Part shown: in pieces, positions 30,281-32,000 of the stretch
Layout of the letters: the number at the start of each line of letters is the position of its first letter
How positions within the stretch are numbered: position 1 is the first letter of the stretch
DNA from: Candidatus Saccharimonadota bacterium
Lineage (GTDB): Bacteria; Patescibacteriota; Gracilibacteria; Absconditabacterales; Absconditicoccaceae
Length of the DNA stretch: 32,000 bases
Assembly (NCBI GenBank): GCA_030429145.1
Contig: JAUIDC010000001.1
Span: 904,578 to 936,577, forward strand
Direction of reading: 5' to 3'
Position numbers and translations under genes: made by a program
The notes under the pieces: model-generated
What the model saw: only the letters and a program-made list of their open reading frames with translations
Database searches by the model: none
Told to the model about the DNA's origin: nothing

Positions 30281-31423
30281 ATGAAGACAAGTCACATTAT
30301 TACACTCAATATATTCATTACCCTGCTACTGCTGGGAGGATTTTACTATGCGATCAACACCTACGGAACACAATTTCTTACGGGCGCATGGGACAAAAAT
30401 GGTGTCACAAAAGTGATCAACCAAAAAGTGATCCAAGAAAATGTGAACGAGTATAGAAGACTCTCAGACCTTGAAAGTGATTTGACGAAGGCTATAGAAA
30501 CAGCCTCGTCTTCAGTGATGCACATAGCAAAAAGTGACAATCTCACTTTGGGATCAGGAGGCTATGTTACTCGTATGCAAGCTGATGGAACGGCAGTTGT
30601 TGCCACTTCTGACGGCTATTTGATCACCAATAAGCATGTCGTGAGTGACCTCAAAGAGACATATAGTGCAGTAAGTACAGAGGGGAAACATTTTGCTGTT
30701 GATAAGATCTGGCTCGACCCAGTATTGGACTTTGCTGTGATCAAGCTGGTCCATGACACAGGAAGCGCCGTTAATGATCTTTCTGCTGCTGCCTTCGTAA
30801 GCACAGAAAGCAAACTCAGCCTTGGTCAATTCGCCACAGCCCTCGGCAGCAGCCAAACCTCACCTGAACTCATTCAGAAAAATGGTACTATTAGCCAGAA
30901 AAACATAGCTTTTACTGTGTTGACTGGAGACAGCTCAATTAATCTGCCTTACTTCAGCATCGATACAACTGTTCATGCAGGCTTTAGCGGAGGACCAACC
31001 ATTGACCTCGTCGGTAACGTTATCGGTATAACAACAGCTTCACAGCAGGGAGGTCAGCAATGAGCGCTGATTTTGCCAGTGACAAAAGAGTTTATCCAAG
31101 AAACACTTAGTAACATCGTACAGTACGGCAAAATCAGCAGACCAACGTTCGGTGCAACTCTTACTCCACTCAATACCTATCGCGCAGAAACGATGGGACT
31201 TAAGAAGTTCAATGGTCGATATGTCCAAAAAGTTGCTAGTGGCAGTAATGCATGAAGAGCTTGACTCCTCACTCAAGACATTATCACTCAAGTCAACGGT
31301 AAAGAGATACCATCTGCTGCACCATTTGCTCCTTACCGGCTCAGCTACTGATCTGGTGACACTATAGAGATCACCGTGCAACGCGAGAATAATACAAAAA
31401 AACTTTCACTCACTGTCCAATAG
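30281..31423 (+). CDS. htrA: HtrA/DegP-family serine protease with a PDZ domain, 380 aa
   Basis: N-terminal TM. Catalytic triad contexts are TNKHVV, DFAVIKL and GFSGGPT. The PDZ-like C-terminus (GRYVQKVASGSNA-G-RA-G-LLTQDIITQVNGKEI) is reached through four TGA codons. TAG at 31421-31423. Confidence 0.85.
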
Positions 31424-31440
31424 AATAATCTCATCACAAT

Positions 31441-31470
31441 AAAAAAGCCTGCTGAATAAGCAGGTTTTTC
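31441..31470. terminator. Bidirectional intrinsic terminator between the convergent htrA and ftsX genes
   Basis: AAAAAAG-CCTGC-TGAATAA-GCAGG-TTTTTC: an A-run on one side and a T-run on the other. Confidence 0.6.
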
Positions 31471-31492
31471 TCTATAACGTTTTTTTTAATCT

Positions 31493-32000
31493 CTATATTT
31501 TTCTAATCATCTGAGTCAGTACTTTATCACTGATAACAGTAGCAACAGCCCCAATAAGCACAAACTCCAGAAGCAAGATAGCAGTAATATTTTGCCATCC
31601 AATAGCATCGGCATATGTCGCCAACGATGAATGGAAAAGGTATGCAAACGAGCCTCCTACATAGTGAGCTATGATAGCCACGATTACTCCTGTCAGCACA
31701 AATGAGATAAGAAGTATAAGCACGACGCTTATCAAAAATGGCATCTTAATCGTCATATAGTTCGCTCCAAGCAATTTCTCTACTTCAATATTTTTCCAAA
31801 ACTGTCTACATTTCATCGTAATGATAAGAAGCAAGAACGTTACGATCATCGCACAGACCACACCTACAAGTACCAGTGAAAATGCCATAGAGAAATTGGT
31901 CACATTGATGATATTTGCTATCCTCTCTTGCTGTTGTGCAAAGCCTCCTCTTGTTTGGATACTCTCCGCATTACGGATCACTCCCGTATAGTTGTCTACG
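31493..32000 (-). CDS. ftsX: Cell division permease FtsX, C-terminal part (N-terminus lies beyond the window end)
   Basis: The FtsX signature EVEKLLGANYMTIKMPFLI is flanked by TM helices. The frame is open to position 32000. TAG at 31493-31495. Confidence 0.75.
   Translation of the reverse strand, partial: VDNYTGVIRNAESIQTRGGFAQQQERIANIINVTNFSMAFSLVLVGVVCAMIVTFLLLIITMKCRQFWKNIEVEKLLGANYMTIKMPFLISVVLILLISFVLTGVIVAIIAHYVGGSFAYLFHSSLATYADAIGWQNITAILLLEFVLIGAVATVISDKVLTQMIRKI

Noticed and set aside
1-32000. UGA read as Trp (table 4) or as selenocysteine.
   Set aside because: The interrupted motif positions are invariant Gly (EGCLS, GSKNAALP, RV-G-LALYG), not Trp, and TGG is retained for Trp. 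The frequency, up to about 5 percent of codons, and the lack of SECIS-like context exclude Sec.
1-32000. CRISPR arrays, rRNA genes, transposases or IS ends, integrase, and prophage att direct repeats.
   Set aside because: By eye I found no regularly spaced repeats, no rRNA-like stretches, no DDE or tyrosine/serine recombinase motifs in any table-25 frame I translated, and no second copy of the tRNA-like 3' segment. The prophage boundaries therefore remain unproven.

Overview
Low-GC bacterial DNA that reads correctly only if UGA is a sense codon for glycine (translation table 25, as in Gracilibacteria/Absconditabacteria of the CPR). Most short ORFs in the supplied six-frame track are pieces of longer genes split at in-frame TGA. 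The TGAs fall on invariant Gly positions: MurA GSKNAALP, deformylase EGCLSxPG and GLAxPQIG, and conserved Gly positions in Alr and the M50 protease. TGG still encodes Trp, and every re-joined gene ends in TAA or TAG. After re-joining, the window has three parts. (1) Positions 1 to about 13.1 kb are a minus-strand tailed-phage module. It holds small and large terminase, portal, scaffold, decoration protein, an HK97-like major capsid protein, an adaptor-like protein, a 718-aa tail protein with 24 UGA codons, a truncated virus-like peptide deformylase, a small opposite-strand hydrophobic-peptide gene and a heavily structured tRNA-like RNA element. (2) Positions 13.3-18.7 kb hold orphan membrane proteins, including a 742-aa protein that appears only when one UGA is read through. 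(3) Positions 18.7-32 kb are housekeeping and envelope genes: an FKBP isomerase, an FtsB/DivIC-like protein, a 934-aa secreted SGNH-esterase/SLH protein, a type IV pilin, nusA, an M50 protease, prfA (RF1), murA, an M29 aminopeptidase, alr, htrA and ftsX. All functional calls come from motif recognition by eye; no searches were run. No CRISPR array, rRNA, canonical tRNA, integrase or transposase was seen.
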